Assembly (NCBI GenBank): GCA_934444645.1
Contig: CAKSCV010000007.1
Span: 1,447-65,446 of the forward strand
Length of the DNA: 64,000 nt
Direction: 5' to 3'
DNA from: an uncultured Eubacteriales bacterium
GTDB lineage: Bacteria; Bacillota; Clostridia; Oscillospirales; CAG-382
A program made the position numbers and the translations under genes. Below, piece by piece: positions 45,028-53,581 of the stretch. The stretch's first letter is position 1. The number at the start of each line of letters is the position of its first letter. A model generated the notes under the pieces. That model was not told the origin of the DNA, did not search any database, and saw only the letters and a program-made list of their open reading frames with translations.

Positions 45028-48000
45028 TCAAACCGCTTTCGGACAGATCTCCTTGTAATCGCAATAATCGCACGGGTTGTGTGCTTTTGCACCTTCGGGA
45101 AGGGCACGCTTGTCGCCGCGGAGAATGCCGCAAGCCATATCGGCGGCAAAGGCGGAGGCTTCGCCAAGCAGTGCGAAGAATTCGTCCTCGGGCAGGGTGC
45201 CGGCTGCGTTTTCCGCAAGCACGCCGGTTTTGAGCTTGACCGGGATATACGTACCGCTTCCGGTAGAATCCATGGCAAACAGGATGTCGGCGTCGGCGAC
45301 AAGCAGTCCTGACACATCGGCTTTATAATCCAGGCTTTCGTCATCGCCGCTGTCGGACAGCACTTTGTCACCAACAGGTATCTTCGGATCAGCCACATGG
45401 CTGTACAGCACACCGGCAGGATAGACCTTGCCGTAGCGGGTTTCGCCGTTTTGCAAAAGCGTGTACAGATACAAGAGCATTTGCAGATTGAAGCCGCGGT
45501 GAATATCGGACAGATCGAATTTTGTGCTGCCGGTCTTGTAATCGACAATGCGCAAATAGGTCTTTCCGGAGTGTGCGTCACGGTACAAGTCCACGCGGTC
45601 GATCTTTCCGACGATCTTCAGCGTTTTGCCGCCCGTAAGCGGAAGTTCGACCGGCTTTACCGCGCCGTCCGGCCCGATGGACAGCTCAAAATCAACCGGT
45701 TCAAACCGGCTGACGGTCAGTTCCTCGCATAACAGCTTGCATAACGGCACCAATACGCGCTCCGTTTTGGCAAACAGATACGCAAACCGGCCGCTTAACG
45801 CACTGCCGGCATTGGGCATCATGCGCTCGAGAAGCTCTTCGAGCTTTGCGTGGATGGCAGATTTTAATGCGGCTTCGTCAAACGGATTCCCGGCCTTGTG
45901 CCGTGCGGCAATCTCGGGCACAAGCTCCTCCAAAACGGCATGAATGATGTTTCCGCGTTCGGCGTTTCCGACACGTCCTTCCGGTGCGGCTGCAAGCCGC
46001 AGCGTGTAGGTGCAGAAGTACGAGAAAGGACACCGGCGGAAGCGTTCAAGCTTGGAATAGCTGCCGGTCATGGTGTCGCCGTACAGCTCTGTTAACATAT
46101 CGTCGGAAAGCGGCCGCCGGGCATCATCGCTTTTTTCGATGGCGGCGAGCCGTGTCATATAGGCAGGCTTGTCCGCAAAATAGGCGCGCACGGTGGCTTT
46201 TTCGACACCGTCCGGCAGGGTCAAAAACTGCTCAAACAGCGACTCATCGCTGACAGCACCTGCCAATGCCGCAGCTGTATCTGCTTTCGGATATACATCG
46301 GCGGTAATGCCTAACATTTTTTCGAGAAGTGCGACCAAAACAGACGGATACAGCTCCTTCTTTTCGAGCGAACCGGTGCGGTATAAAACAAAAGCCCCAT
46401 CCTTTGCCGAGCAGAGAGCTGTATAAGCGAGAAACAGCTCGTCAAAGGCTTTGTCGTCGGCAGTTTCGGCAAGCTCCACACCGAGCGAGCGGAGCTTTTT
46501 CCGCTCTGTGTCGCGGAAAACATCGGAGGACTCGGGCTTTGCCGGAAAAATGCCGTCGTTGACGCCGAGTAAAATCACATAGCGGATGCCGTCGGTGCGC
46601 ATGAGTGTGACCGGCGAAAAACGCACTTGGTCGAGCAGCTCCGGAATTTTTCCGATCGACATGTTTTTGATGACGGCGCGCAGCAGCTCATAAAACCGGT
46701 GCGGTGTGACAGTCTGTTCCGCAAGCGTGAGCGCGACGGTGTCGAGTGCGCGGCATAACAGGTCTAGATATTCGCCGTCGGCGCGGTCGTCAAAGCGGTC
46801 TTTCCCGGAAAGCCGGGCGATGTTGACGGTCAGCTCATATACGGCGTGTGCCATGTCAGAGGCGGTTTTGGCTGCATCGAGAGAGGCTGAAAAGGTGTCT
46901 AAGCAGGACAGCAGAGCGTCATGTGCGTCGGAGAAGAGCGCGAGAAGCGCGGTGTCGGCGGCATCGGCACGCATTCCGGCCGGGTTCATGTGCCACTCTT
47001 CGTGAAAATACGCTTTGCCGTGGATGTTCCAGGTATGCAGGTACAGGTCGAGCTTGTCGGCAACCTCATCGCTTAAGCCCGAAAGGCCCGATTTGATGTA
47101 GGCTGAGACTGCTTCAAGACTCCATGAAAAGTATATGTCAAACGCGGAAAATACCAATGCGGCCGTCGGTGTGGTGGAAAGATCGACAGCCTTGTCAAAT
47201 GCATACGGAATACCGGCGCTTTCAAAGGCCGTGTCCAAAATGCCGTCATAGTCGGCTTGATTCCGTGCGCAGAGGACAATTTCGCGCGGCAAAACGCCGC
47301 TTGTCAACAGGTCGCTGACCGTTTGAACGGCAAAGGCTGCCTCGGCGTAGATGTCCTCGCAGGCGGTGAGCGTCACGCCGGAAAGAGGTACTTCCGGACG
47401 CGGCACGGCTAACGCGTCTAACGAAAAGTGCGCGGCGATATGCGCAAGAGCCGAATGCGGCGCATGCTTTCTGTTTTCGGTAAGAAAGATATCTTTCACC
47501 GGCACGCCGCTTTCCGCAGCCAGTCTTCGGCAGGCAAGAGCCGCATTTTTGGCACGCAGAAAGCATTTGTTGGCGGTTTTTTCGTTTTCGCATAAAAAGG
47601 TGATGCAGGTCTCTTCGGCGCTCGGGAGAATTTTTCCGATAATGGCAAGTTCTTGGGCGGTAAAGCCGTAAAACGCATCCAAAAAGACGTGTTTTCCCTC
47701 AAAGAACCGAAAACCGCATAATGTTTCGTACAGCTTATCGAGGAGATCGCCCGGAAAATCGAGCGTTCCGGAAAGATAGGCATCGTATGCACGGTAGGCG
47801 AGTGCCACGTCGTGCAGCTTGTCCGAAAGAGCCGCAGAGCCGTTCCCGGCAAGCGTTTTGCAAAGCGTCTCCAAATCGTCGGGACGTATGCGCGAACGGT
47901 GCATTTCCGTCACGGTGGCAAGCATCTTTGCAGCAAAATCTGTGTCGTCGGCAAGCGGCGCATATTCACTTAGCAGATCTGCCGACTGGGAAAGCACGTG

Positions 48001-48279
48001 TGACATGGCAAGTGCGCACGCGGCTTTGTCGGGAACCGCTCCGACAAGACCGCCGCTTTCGCGGAAAACGCGGTTGCACAAACGCTTGAAGTTGATGACC
48101 TCGATATACATATTGGCAGGATTCCCGAGCCGGTCGATGAGCAGCCGTTCCGCCGAAACCGCGCTTTGCTCCGGCACGATCAAAAAAGCCTGCTTTTTCT
48201 GCCTGATACAGTCCTCTAAGCGTGCAAGCAGTGCTTCGGTTTTGCCGGTTCCGTGAAGTCCGAAAATGCGTGTGAGCAT
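45028..48279 (-). CDS. addB: Helicase-exonuclease AddAB subunit AddB (PD-(D/E)XK nuclease with Fe-S Cys cluster)
   Basis: N-terminal P-loop GLHGTGKTE. C-terminal nuclease LRIVDYKTG. Cys cluster RCPFSYFC ... CDYCDYKEIC. Start trimmed to MLTRIFG. Confidence 0.8.
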   Translation of the reverse strand: MLTRIFGLHGTGKTEALLARLEDCIRQKKQAFLIVPEQSAVSAERLLIDRLGNPANMYIEVINFKRLCNRVFRESGGLVGAVPDKAACALAMSHVLSQSADLLSEYAPLADDTDFAAKMLATVTEMHRSRIRPDDLETLCKTLAGNGSAALSDKLHDVALAYRAYDAYLSGTLDFPGDLLDKLYETLCGFRFFEGKHVFLDAFYGFTAQELAIIGKILPSAEETCITFLCENEKTANKCFLRAKNAALACRRLAAESGVPVKDIFLTENRKHAPHSALAHIAAHFSLDALAVPRPEVPLSGVTLTACEDIYAEAAFAVQTVSDLLTSGVLPREIVLCARNQADYDGILDTAFESAGIPYAFDKAVDLSTTPTAALVFSAFDIYFSWSLEAVSAYIKSGLSGLSDEVADKLDLYLHTWNIHGKAYFHEEWHMNPAGMRADAADTALLALFSDAHDALLSCLDTFSASLDAAKTASDMAHAVYELTVNIARLSGKDRFDDRADGEYLDLLCRALDTVALTLAEQTVTPHRFYELLRAVIKNMSIGKIPELLDQVRFSPVTLMRTDGIRYVILLGVNDGIFPAKPESSDVFRDTERKKLRSLGVELAETADDKAFDELFLAYTALCSAKDGAFVLYRTGSLEKKELYPSVLVALLEKMLGITADVYPKADTAAALAGAVSDESLFEQFLTLPDGVEKATVRAYFADKPAYMTRLAAIEKSDDARRPLSDDMLTELYGDTMTGSYSKLERFRRCPFSYFCTYTLRLAAAPEGRVGNAERGNIIHAVLEELVPEIAARHKAGNPFDEAALKSAIHAKLEELLERMMPNAGSALSGRFAYLFAKTERVLVPLCKLLCEELTVSRFEPVDFELSIGPDGAVKPVELPLTGGKTLKIVGKIDRVDLYRDAHSGKTYLRIVDYKTGSTKFDLSDIHRGFNLQMLLYLYTLLQNGETRYGKVYPAGVLYSHVADPKIPVGDKVLSDSGDDESLDYKADVSGLLVADADILFAMDSTGSGTYIPVKLKTGVLAENAAGTLPEDEFFALLGEASAFAADMACGILRGDKRALPEGAKAHNPCDYCDYKEICPKAV

Positions 48280-48283
48280 GATA

Positions 48284-49138
48284 TTAACCCTGACGCCGCA
48301 TTGCCAAAACTTCGCGAAGTCTTGCCAATTTGCAGGCGCGCATATAGGCAAGCGTGAAAAACATCTGCGGCGAAAGTCCGGCATACAGATCGTTTTCGTG
48401 ACGGTTCGGCTTGCCATGGTGTGCATTTAATTCGAAGGTGAGCGGCCCTGCATACGCATGTTCGTCAAGGCGCGCGACAAAGTTCTCCCAATCGCCGATC
48501 CCGTCAAACGGCAGCAAATGCAGATCGTCGATCCAAGTGGTCTTTCCGGAAAAATCGCGGATGCCGAGGTTGTCGTTGATGTGCGTGGCGATCAAGCGGT
48601 CACCGTACAGCGAGAGCAGATCCTTGCTGTGGTTATAGCACATTTCGTGGCCGGTGTCGAGGCAAAAGCCGACGTTGTCTAAGTCGGCAAGCGATTCCAT
48701 AAGCGCCGCCAGATATTCTTCTCCCTCGGTGTTTTCGAGTGCCACCTTAACGCCGAGCTTCCCGGCTTCTTCGGAGACCTTCCGGAAGCTTTCAAGCCCA
48801 TATGCGTTCGGCGTGTGGTCCTCAAAGCCGATAAAGGCGTGCATGACCACAATCGGCACGTCGTGCGCGGCGGCGTCGCGGATGCATTCGAGCAGCTCGT
48901 TTGCTGCACCTTGATACTCCGGCGTCCACATTTCGGCGGCGCGTGTAAACGGTGCGTGAACCGATTGATAGTGCATCCCAAGCTTGTCGGCAAGCGTGCG
49001 CGGCTCGTCTAAACAGCCGGATTTATTCCAATTCGTAAAAAAGCCGTCAAAGCCGGCGGCCTTGGCAATTTGCAGCTCTTCGGCAAAGGGAATGTCGAAA
49101 ATTCCGCCGAGCGCGATGCAGAAATGGTTGTTCCACAT
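48284..49138 (-). CDS. Xylose isomerase-like TIM-barrel protein (sugar phosphate isomerase/epimerase or AP endonuclease 2 superfamily)
   Basis: Metal-ligand-like motifs ALENTEGEE, CLDTGHE, THINDN. Stop lies 4 nt before the addB start. Confidence 0.7.
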   Translation of the reverse strand: MWNNHFCIALGGIFDIPFAEELQIAKAAGFDGFFTNWNKSGCLDEPRTLADKLGMHYQSVHAPFTRAAEMWTPEYQGAANELLECIRDAAAHDVPIVVMHAFIGFEDHTPNAYGLESFRKVSEEAGKLGVKVALENTEGEEYLAALMESLADLDNVGFCLDTGHEMCYNHSKDLLSLYGDRLIATHINDNLGIRDFSGKTTWIDDLHLLPFDGIGDWENFVARLDEHAYAGPLTFELNAHHGKPNRHENDLYAGLSPQMFFTLAYMRACKLARLREVLAMRRQG

Positions 49139-49162
49139 AAAAACTCTTCCTTATTATTATGG

Positions 49163-49495
49163 TTAACGATAAAAGGCGTAGTTGCCGATGAGCGGCAGCG
49201 GCTCGGTTTTGTCGTTTGCGGCGTTCACAATGCCGATGATCATGAGTACAAACACAAAAAGGCCGCTGACAACCGAGAACAGATAGGGCACTATCGCACC
49301 GGCATACGGAATCCAGCCGAGGGTGAAATTTAATACGCGCGTGAAAATCGAGCAGGCTGCGGAAACAATGGTGAGCAGCATTCCCTGACCGCAATGAAAA
49401 CGCACGGTGGGATTATCTTTTTCCGGGATGAACAGGCTGATGAGAAATAGAAGCGGAATGTAGGACAGAATGTGATATAGTTTATTCTTTTGCAT
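49163..49495 (-). CDS. DUF4870-like small membrane protein
   Basis: 110 aa with LSYIPLLFLISLF...RFHCGQGMLL, typical of this family. Confidence 0.6.
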   Translation of the reverse strand: MQKNKLYHILSYIPLLFLISLFIPEKDNPTVRFHCGQGMLLTIVSAACSIFTRVLNFTLGWIPYAGAIVPYLFSVVSGLFVFVLMIIGIVNAANDKTEPLPLIGNYAFYR

Positions 49496-49636
49496 AAGTG
49501 CCTCCTGGTTCGACGGATTTGTTTTTCTACCTTATATATTATAGCAACCGGAGGGATATCTGTCAATACGAATTTGTGCGTTTGCCGGTTTTGTACGGCG
49601 GATTTGCGGTGAAAAGGTATACGTGAGCATTTTTAA

Positions 49637-49670
49637 GAAAATGTACGTTCCCTTTTACCTTTTGTGTTGA
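49637..49670. repeat. Left inverted repeat bounding the low-GC cassette
   Basis: The reverse complement TCAACACAAAAGGTAAAAGGGAACGTACATTTTC matches 50863-50898. The first 17 nt are identical and the remainder is degenerate. Confidence 0.6.
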
Positions 49671-49780
49671 TATAAGCCTATCCGTCGAACCCTTCGTCGA
49701 TTCGACGGAACTCTAAGTATTGGAAAAGGAGCAAGGTGTATTTCAACCTTGCTCCTATCGGTCAGTATGTGCTATTTAGT

Positions 49781-50521
49781 TCAAGAATTAGAATTATTTA
49801 TGACATCACCAGGTCCCGCGTTGTCAGGCAGGTCATTTGAAGGTGTACTTGGCGTTACTATCTTGTCATAGATTGCTTTGGTCTGCTCGGCTAAATCACA
49901 ATACATTGTGTAGCTATGTGCAGACACTCCTGTATGCCACAAATGAAAGTTTTCCTTGAAAATGGTCTGGAGTTTTTCTTCTGTATAATCCTTTTTCAAA
50001 TCGTCATTTATAACCAAACCATTTTGGATGAACAAATCAAGTAATTCTTTTGCAGGCATTTCGGATAATTCTTCGTAAGTATATGCACCGAATGCTTTAT
50101 TAGGAGTAGCTTCCTTATTGTTGGAGTTCGTCTGTTCCAATATCTCAAAATAGCATTGAGGGGCATCCTCGGCTTTCATATAGTAAGTAACCCCATCAAC
50201 TTTTGTCGTTGTCAGACCATTTTTTACAACAGTTCCGTCTGCATACTCGATTTCCACAGAAATGCTATTGCTGCCAGGAGCCAAAACTTTGTCATCGGCT
50301 TTTTCGTCAATCGTAAATGAGCCAAGCCAACTTGTAATCTCTGCCATGTATTTGCTCGGCACTTCAAATCCTTTTCCATCGCTGGGAAGGGTGTGGAAAG
50401 TGATACGAACAATATTTTCTGTTTCAAAAACAGGTTTTGCCTTGTCAACTTTGTTTGTAGAACAGCCAACCAGGCCCAACACACAGACCAATGCCAACAA
50501 TAATGCTATATATTTTTTCAT
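49781..50521 (-). CDS. Lipoprotein of unknown function in a low-GC islet
   Basis: MKKYIALLLALVCVLGLVGCSTNK lipobox and a GGAGGTAA RBS. Codon usage is visibly AT-richer than in neighbouring genes. Confidence 0.75.
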   Translation of the reverse strand: MKKYIALLLALVCVLGLVGCSTNKVDKAKPVFETENIVRITFHTLPSDGKGFEVPSKYMAEITSWLGSFTIDEKADDKVLAPGSNSISVEIEYADGTVVKNGLTTTKVDGVTYYMKAEDAPQCYFEILEQTNSNNKEATPNKAFGAYTYEELSEMPAKELLDLFIQNGLVINDDLKKDYTEEKLQTIFKENFHLWHTGVSAHSYTMYCDLAEQTKAIYDKIVTPSTPSNDLPDNAGPGDVINNSNS

Positions 50522-50594
50522 ACGGATTACCTCCTTCGTTGTTATATGCCTTTGTATACATAGACGTAAAAAATCTCAAAAAGTTCCATGTTTT

Positions 50595-50705
50595 CTATAC
50601 TATACAATACTTGTCTTTTACTATGTTTTGTGGCGTGATAACTTCCGAGTTGGAATATTTTGAAATGCCTGTTATGGCTTGTAGCTTGTCGAAAATATCT
50701 TCCAT
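50595..50705 (-). CDS. Candidate 36-aa small ORF upstream of the lipoprotein gene
   Basis: ATG at 50705, 8 nt after AGGAGGG. Translation MEDIFDKLQAITGISKYSNSEVITPQNIVKDKYCIV with a TAG stop. Below the ORF-track cutoff and has no homology support. Confidence 0.3.
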   Translation of the reverse strand: MEDIFDKLQAITGISKYSNSEVITPQNIVKDKYCIV

Positions 50706-50777
50706 AGGAACACCCTCCTAAAAATCAATTTTCTTTTGAATACTGATTGGCTCAAAACCCAGACAACTTCAAAAGAA

Positions 50778-50808
50778 AAGAGGATACCCTAAAAATTAGG
50801 GTATCCTC
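50778..50808 (-). terminator. Perfect 14-bp stem-loop, terminator-like on the minus strand
   Basis: AGAGGATACCCTAA-AAA-TTAGGGTATCCTCT, followed on the minus strand by TTTCTTTTG. Confidence 0.55.
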
Positions 50809-50862
50809 TCGAAAATTAGGTATCTTGGCACGCTTTTGGTGAAATCGACGGAGTTTTTACCA

Positions 50863-50898
50863 TCAACACAAAAGGTAAAGGGGACAATGTACAAAATC
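50863..50898. repeat. Right inverted repeat bounding the low-GC cassette
   Basis: TCAACACAAAAGGTAAAGGGGACAATGTACAAAATC, the partner of 49637-49670. Confidence 0.6.
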
Positions 50899-50900
50899 TA

Positions 50901-50929
50901 TTGCCAAATCGGTATTTCTGTGATATAAT
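50901..50929 (+). promoter_or_regulatory. S10 operon promoter P1 (extended -10)
   Basis: TTGCCA, 17 nt spacer, TGaTATAAT. Confidence 0.55.
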
Positions 50930-50999
50930 AGAAATTTTATGCATTTTGCGGCGCAGAGCGGAGTTCACACAAAAGTTACAACTAAATACGCCAAACCTA

Positions 51000-51028
51000 T
51001 TGCAAAACCCGTCCTTGTATGATACAAT
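51000..51028 (+). promoter_or_regulatory. S10 operon promoter P2 (extended -10)
   Basis: TTGCAA, 17 nt spacer, TGaTACAAT. Confidence 0.55.
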
Positions 51029-51034
51029 ATACAA

Positions 51035-51505
51035 GCTTGATGTGCGATGAAACGGGAGGTTGCGGTGTTTACACCGGGAATTTCCGTGGAGTATGTCCGA
51101 TAAACGGGCGACAGCGAATACTGAACCGAAGCGCATGGTTGCGATCTCAGGGCGTTCCTTCAAGCAGGTGCGTTTCTGCTATCGCCGTGGCAAGAGAAAT
51201 TTTGCCGAAAGCAGTGCCGGCGCTAAGGCGTATCTTTCTTAAAACATCGGTCGCGGAACCGTCGGTGAATTTCACCGAAAGGCCGTGCAATATGTGCCGT
51301 GTGGCTCTTTATGGGCTTGCGGCGTAAGAATGGTAAGCTGCCCGAATTCCCCTCGGTTTGAGGTCGAATCGGGTTTTTCATTCGGGAAGCATTAGAAACA
51401 CCCGGACGCGTGTTCGTATTTCACTGTGCCGCATTTAAAACGGTTCCTGCGTTAAATCAAGCGTAAACGTGCGCAGGACGAAAAATTTTAAAGGAGGCAG
51501 AAAAA
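51035..51505 (+). promoter_or_regulatory. Long structured 5' leader, or an independent ncRNA, upstream of rpsJ, with a terminator/attenuator-like hairpin at 51341-51379
   Basis: No credible ORF or RBS. Many local hairpins. CCCGAATT...GAATCGGG plus T5 at 51341-51379, with an alternative perfect pairing of CCCGAAT (51341-47) to ATTCGGG (51380-86). Confidence 0.4.
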
Positions 51506-51817
51506 ATGGCAGCAAAGGAAAAAATCAGAATCAGATTGAAGTCGTACGATCACACTCTTATCGATCAGGCGGCAGAAAAGATCGTTGAAGCAGCTAAGCG
51601 CAACGGCGCAAAGGTTTCCGGTCCGATTCCGCTCCCGACCGACAAGGAGATCGTCACCATTCTCCGCGCCGTCCACAAGTACAAGGACAGCCGCGAACAG
51701 TTCGAATTCCGCACCCATAAGAGACTGATCGACATCTTAAAGCCGTCGCAGAAAGCGATCGAAGCTCTTGTTGATCTGGAACTTCCCGCCGGAGTCGAAT
51801 CCGAAATCGTATTATAA
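51506..51817 (+). CDS. rpsJ: 30S ribosomal protein S10
   Basis: [23 protein letters not shown]...; conserved operon position. Confidence 0.97.
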   Translation: MAAKEKIRIRLKSYDHTLIDQAAEKIVEAAKRNGAKVSGPIPLPTDKEIVTILRAVHKYKDSREQFEFRTHKRLIDILKPSQKAIEALVDLELPAGVESEIVL

Positions 51818-51936
51818 TTCACATCTATACCGTGTGAATATAAGACCGTCAAGGTCATGTTGACCGTCCGACTCTCTGCGAAAGCAGAGCAAACGGAAAT
51901 TCAAACGGCCAACCAATAACCTAAGGAGGAATAAAT

Positions 51937-52566
51937 ATGAAAAAAGGTATAATCGGCAAAAAGCTCGGTATGACGCAGATTTTCGATGAAAACGGAAATG
52001 TGATTCCGGTAACCGTCATCGAAGCAGGTCCCTGCACGGTTGTTCAGAAGAAAACGGTCGAAAACGACGGTTACAGTGCTGTACAGCTCGGTTTCTCCGA
52101 CATCGCCGAGAGAAAACTGAACAAGCCCGCTAAGGGTCACTTCGCTAAAGCCGGCGTTACGCTCAAGAAACACCTCAAGGAATTCCGTCTTGACGATGCC
52201 GAGACCATGAATGTCGGCGACGAGATCAAGGCAGATGCCTTTGCGGCAGGCGAAAACGTGGACATCACCGGCATCACCAAGGGTCACGGCTACAGCGGCG
52301 TTATCAAACGCTGGAACTGCCACAGACTCAGAATGACGCACGGTACCGGTCCTGTACACCGTCAGCCCGGTTCCATGGGTGCTAACTCCACACCGTCCCG
52401 CATCTTCAAAAACAAGAAGATGGCCGGTCAGTACGGTCACGAGCAGGTCACCATGCTGAACCTGAACGTAGTAAAAATCGACGTTGAGAAAAACCTTATC
52501 GCGGTTAAGGGCGCGGTTCCCGGTCCTAAGGGCGGTATTGTGTTTATTCGCTCAACCGTTAAGTAA
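51937..52566 (+). CDS. rplC: 50S ribosomal protein L3
   Basis: [33 protein letters not shown]... Confidence 0.97.
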   Translation: MKKGIIGKKLGMTQIFDENGNVIPVTVIEAGPCTVVQKKTVENDGYSAVQLGFSDIAERKLNKPAKGHFAKAGVTLKKHLKEFRLDDAETMNVGDEIKADAFAAGENVDITGITKGHGYSGVIKRWNCHRLRMTHGTGPVHRQPGSMGANSTPSRIFKNKKMAGQYGHEQVTMLNLNVVKIDVEKNLIAVKGAVPGPKGGIVFIRSTVK

Positions 52567-52583
52567 GCGAAGGAGGAATACAA

Positions 52584-53207
52584 ATGCCGAATGTTGCATT
52601 ATTCGATATGGCAGGCAACAAGAAGGGCGAATTTGAACTCGCCGCCGAAGTTTTCGGCTGTGAAGTCAATCAACCCGTCCTCCACAGCGTTGTCAGAGCC
52701 TATCTTTTGAATCAGAGACAGGGCACTCAGTCCACCAAGACCCGTGCTGAGGTTTCCGGCGGCGGCATCAAGCCGTGGCGTCAGAAGGGCACCGGCCGCG
52801 CAAGACAGGGCTCCACCCGTTCGCCGCAGTGGACACACGGCGGTATCGCACTCGGTCCGAAGCCCCGCGCATGGAAAGTAAGCATCAACAAAAAGGTAAA
52901 GAGACTCGCTATGAAGTCGGCTCTCAGCTCCAAGGTCGTTGACAATGAAATGGTCGTTATTGAGAATCTCGCTATGGATTCCTACAAGACCAAGACCATC
53001 GTTAACCTCTTGAAGGCTGTCGGCGCCGAAAAGAAAGCTCTCATCGTTACCGCCGAAAACGACAAGGTCGTTGCCAAGAGCGCCGCTAACATTCCCGGCG
53101 TCAAGACCGCAACGCCCGGCACGCTCAATGTCTATGACATTCTCAACTGCGATATGTTCGTGGTTGCAGGCGATGCCGTCAAAGTAATCGAGGAGGTATA
53201 CGCATAA
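52584..53207 (+). CDS. rplD: 50S ribosomal protein L4
   Basis: [21 protein letters not shown] motif. Confidence 0.97.
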   Translation: MPNVALFDMAGNKKGEFELAAEVFGCEVNQPVLHSVVRAYLLNQRQGTQSTKTRAEVSGGGIKPWRQKGTGRARQGSTRSPQWTHGGIALGPKPRAWKVSINKKVKRLAMKSALSSKVVDNEMVVIENLAMDSYKTKTIVNLLKAVGAEKKALIVTAENDKVVAKSAANIPGVKTATPGTLNVYDILNCDMFVVAGDAVKVIEEVYA

Positions 53208-53500
53208 TGAAAACGGCACATGACGTTATTATCCGTCCGATTATCACCGAAGCAAGCATGTCAAGACTCGCTGACAAGAAGTATACCTTTGAAGTAGCTT
53301 CCGATGCCAACAAGATCGAAATCAAGAAGGCCGTCGAGGAAATTTTCAAAGTGGATGTCGATAAGGTCAATACCATCAGCGTCAAGAGCAAAAACAAGCG
53401 CGTTGGTTACCACCTCGGCAAAACTTCCGAATGGAAAAAGGCGATCGTTACCTTAAAGCCCGAATCAAAGACCATCGAGTTCTTCGACAGCATGATGTAA
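53207..53500 (+). CDS. rplW: 50S ribosomal protein L23
   Basis: 97 aa with IIRPIITEASM... and KKAVEEIFKVDV. Confidence 0.95.
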   Translation: MKTAHDVIIRPIITEASMSRLADKKYTFEVASDANKIEIKKAVEEIFKVDVDKVNTISVKSKNKRVGYHLGKTSEWKKAIVTLKPESKTIEFFDSMM

Positions 53501-53581
53501 TTTGTGATCGAAGACAAAATTCGTTAAGAAAACTGCGATGCGGTCTGGCGTAGGTCAGCTGCGTCGGGAAATGGAGTAATT

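Noticed and set aside
44946-45581. A 211-aa ORF overlaps the 3' end of addB, and several 60-145 aa ORFs lie on both strands within addB.
   Set aside because: They are out of frame with, or antisense to, a 1083-aa gene that has clear AddB motifs. Their composition is Cys/Pro/Arg-rich.
51019-51327. A 102-aa ORF lies in the S10 leader, and a 115-aa ORF lies on the opposite strand at 50816-51163.
   Set aside because: There is no RBS. The start lies inside or upstream of the predicted -10 of promoter P2. The composition is Arg/Cys-rich and not protein-like.
51035-51400. The RNA upstream of rpsJ could be a known housekeeping RNA (RNase P, tmRNA, SRP RNA, cobalamin or T-box leader).
   Set aside because: The signature motifs are absent by eye. 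There is no GGAAAGTCC (RNase P), no tRNA-like GGGG...CCACCA ends (tmRNA), no SRP domain IV GGAA-loop helix, no B12 box GCCACTG and no T-box AATTAGGGTGGTACCGCG. It remains unassigned.
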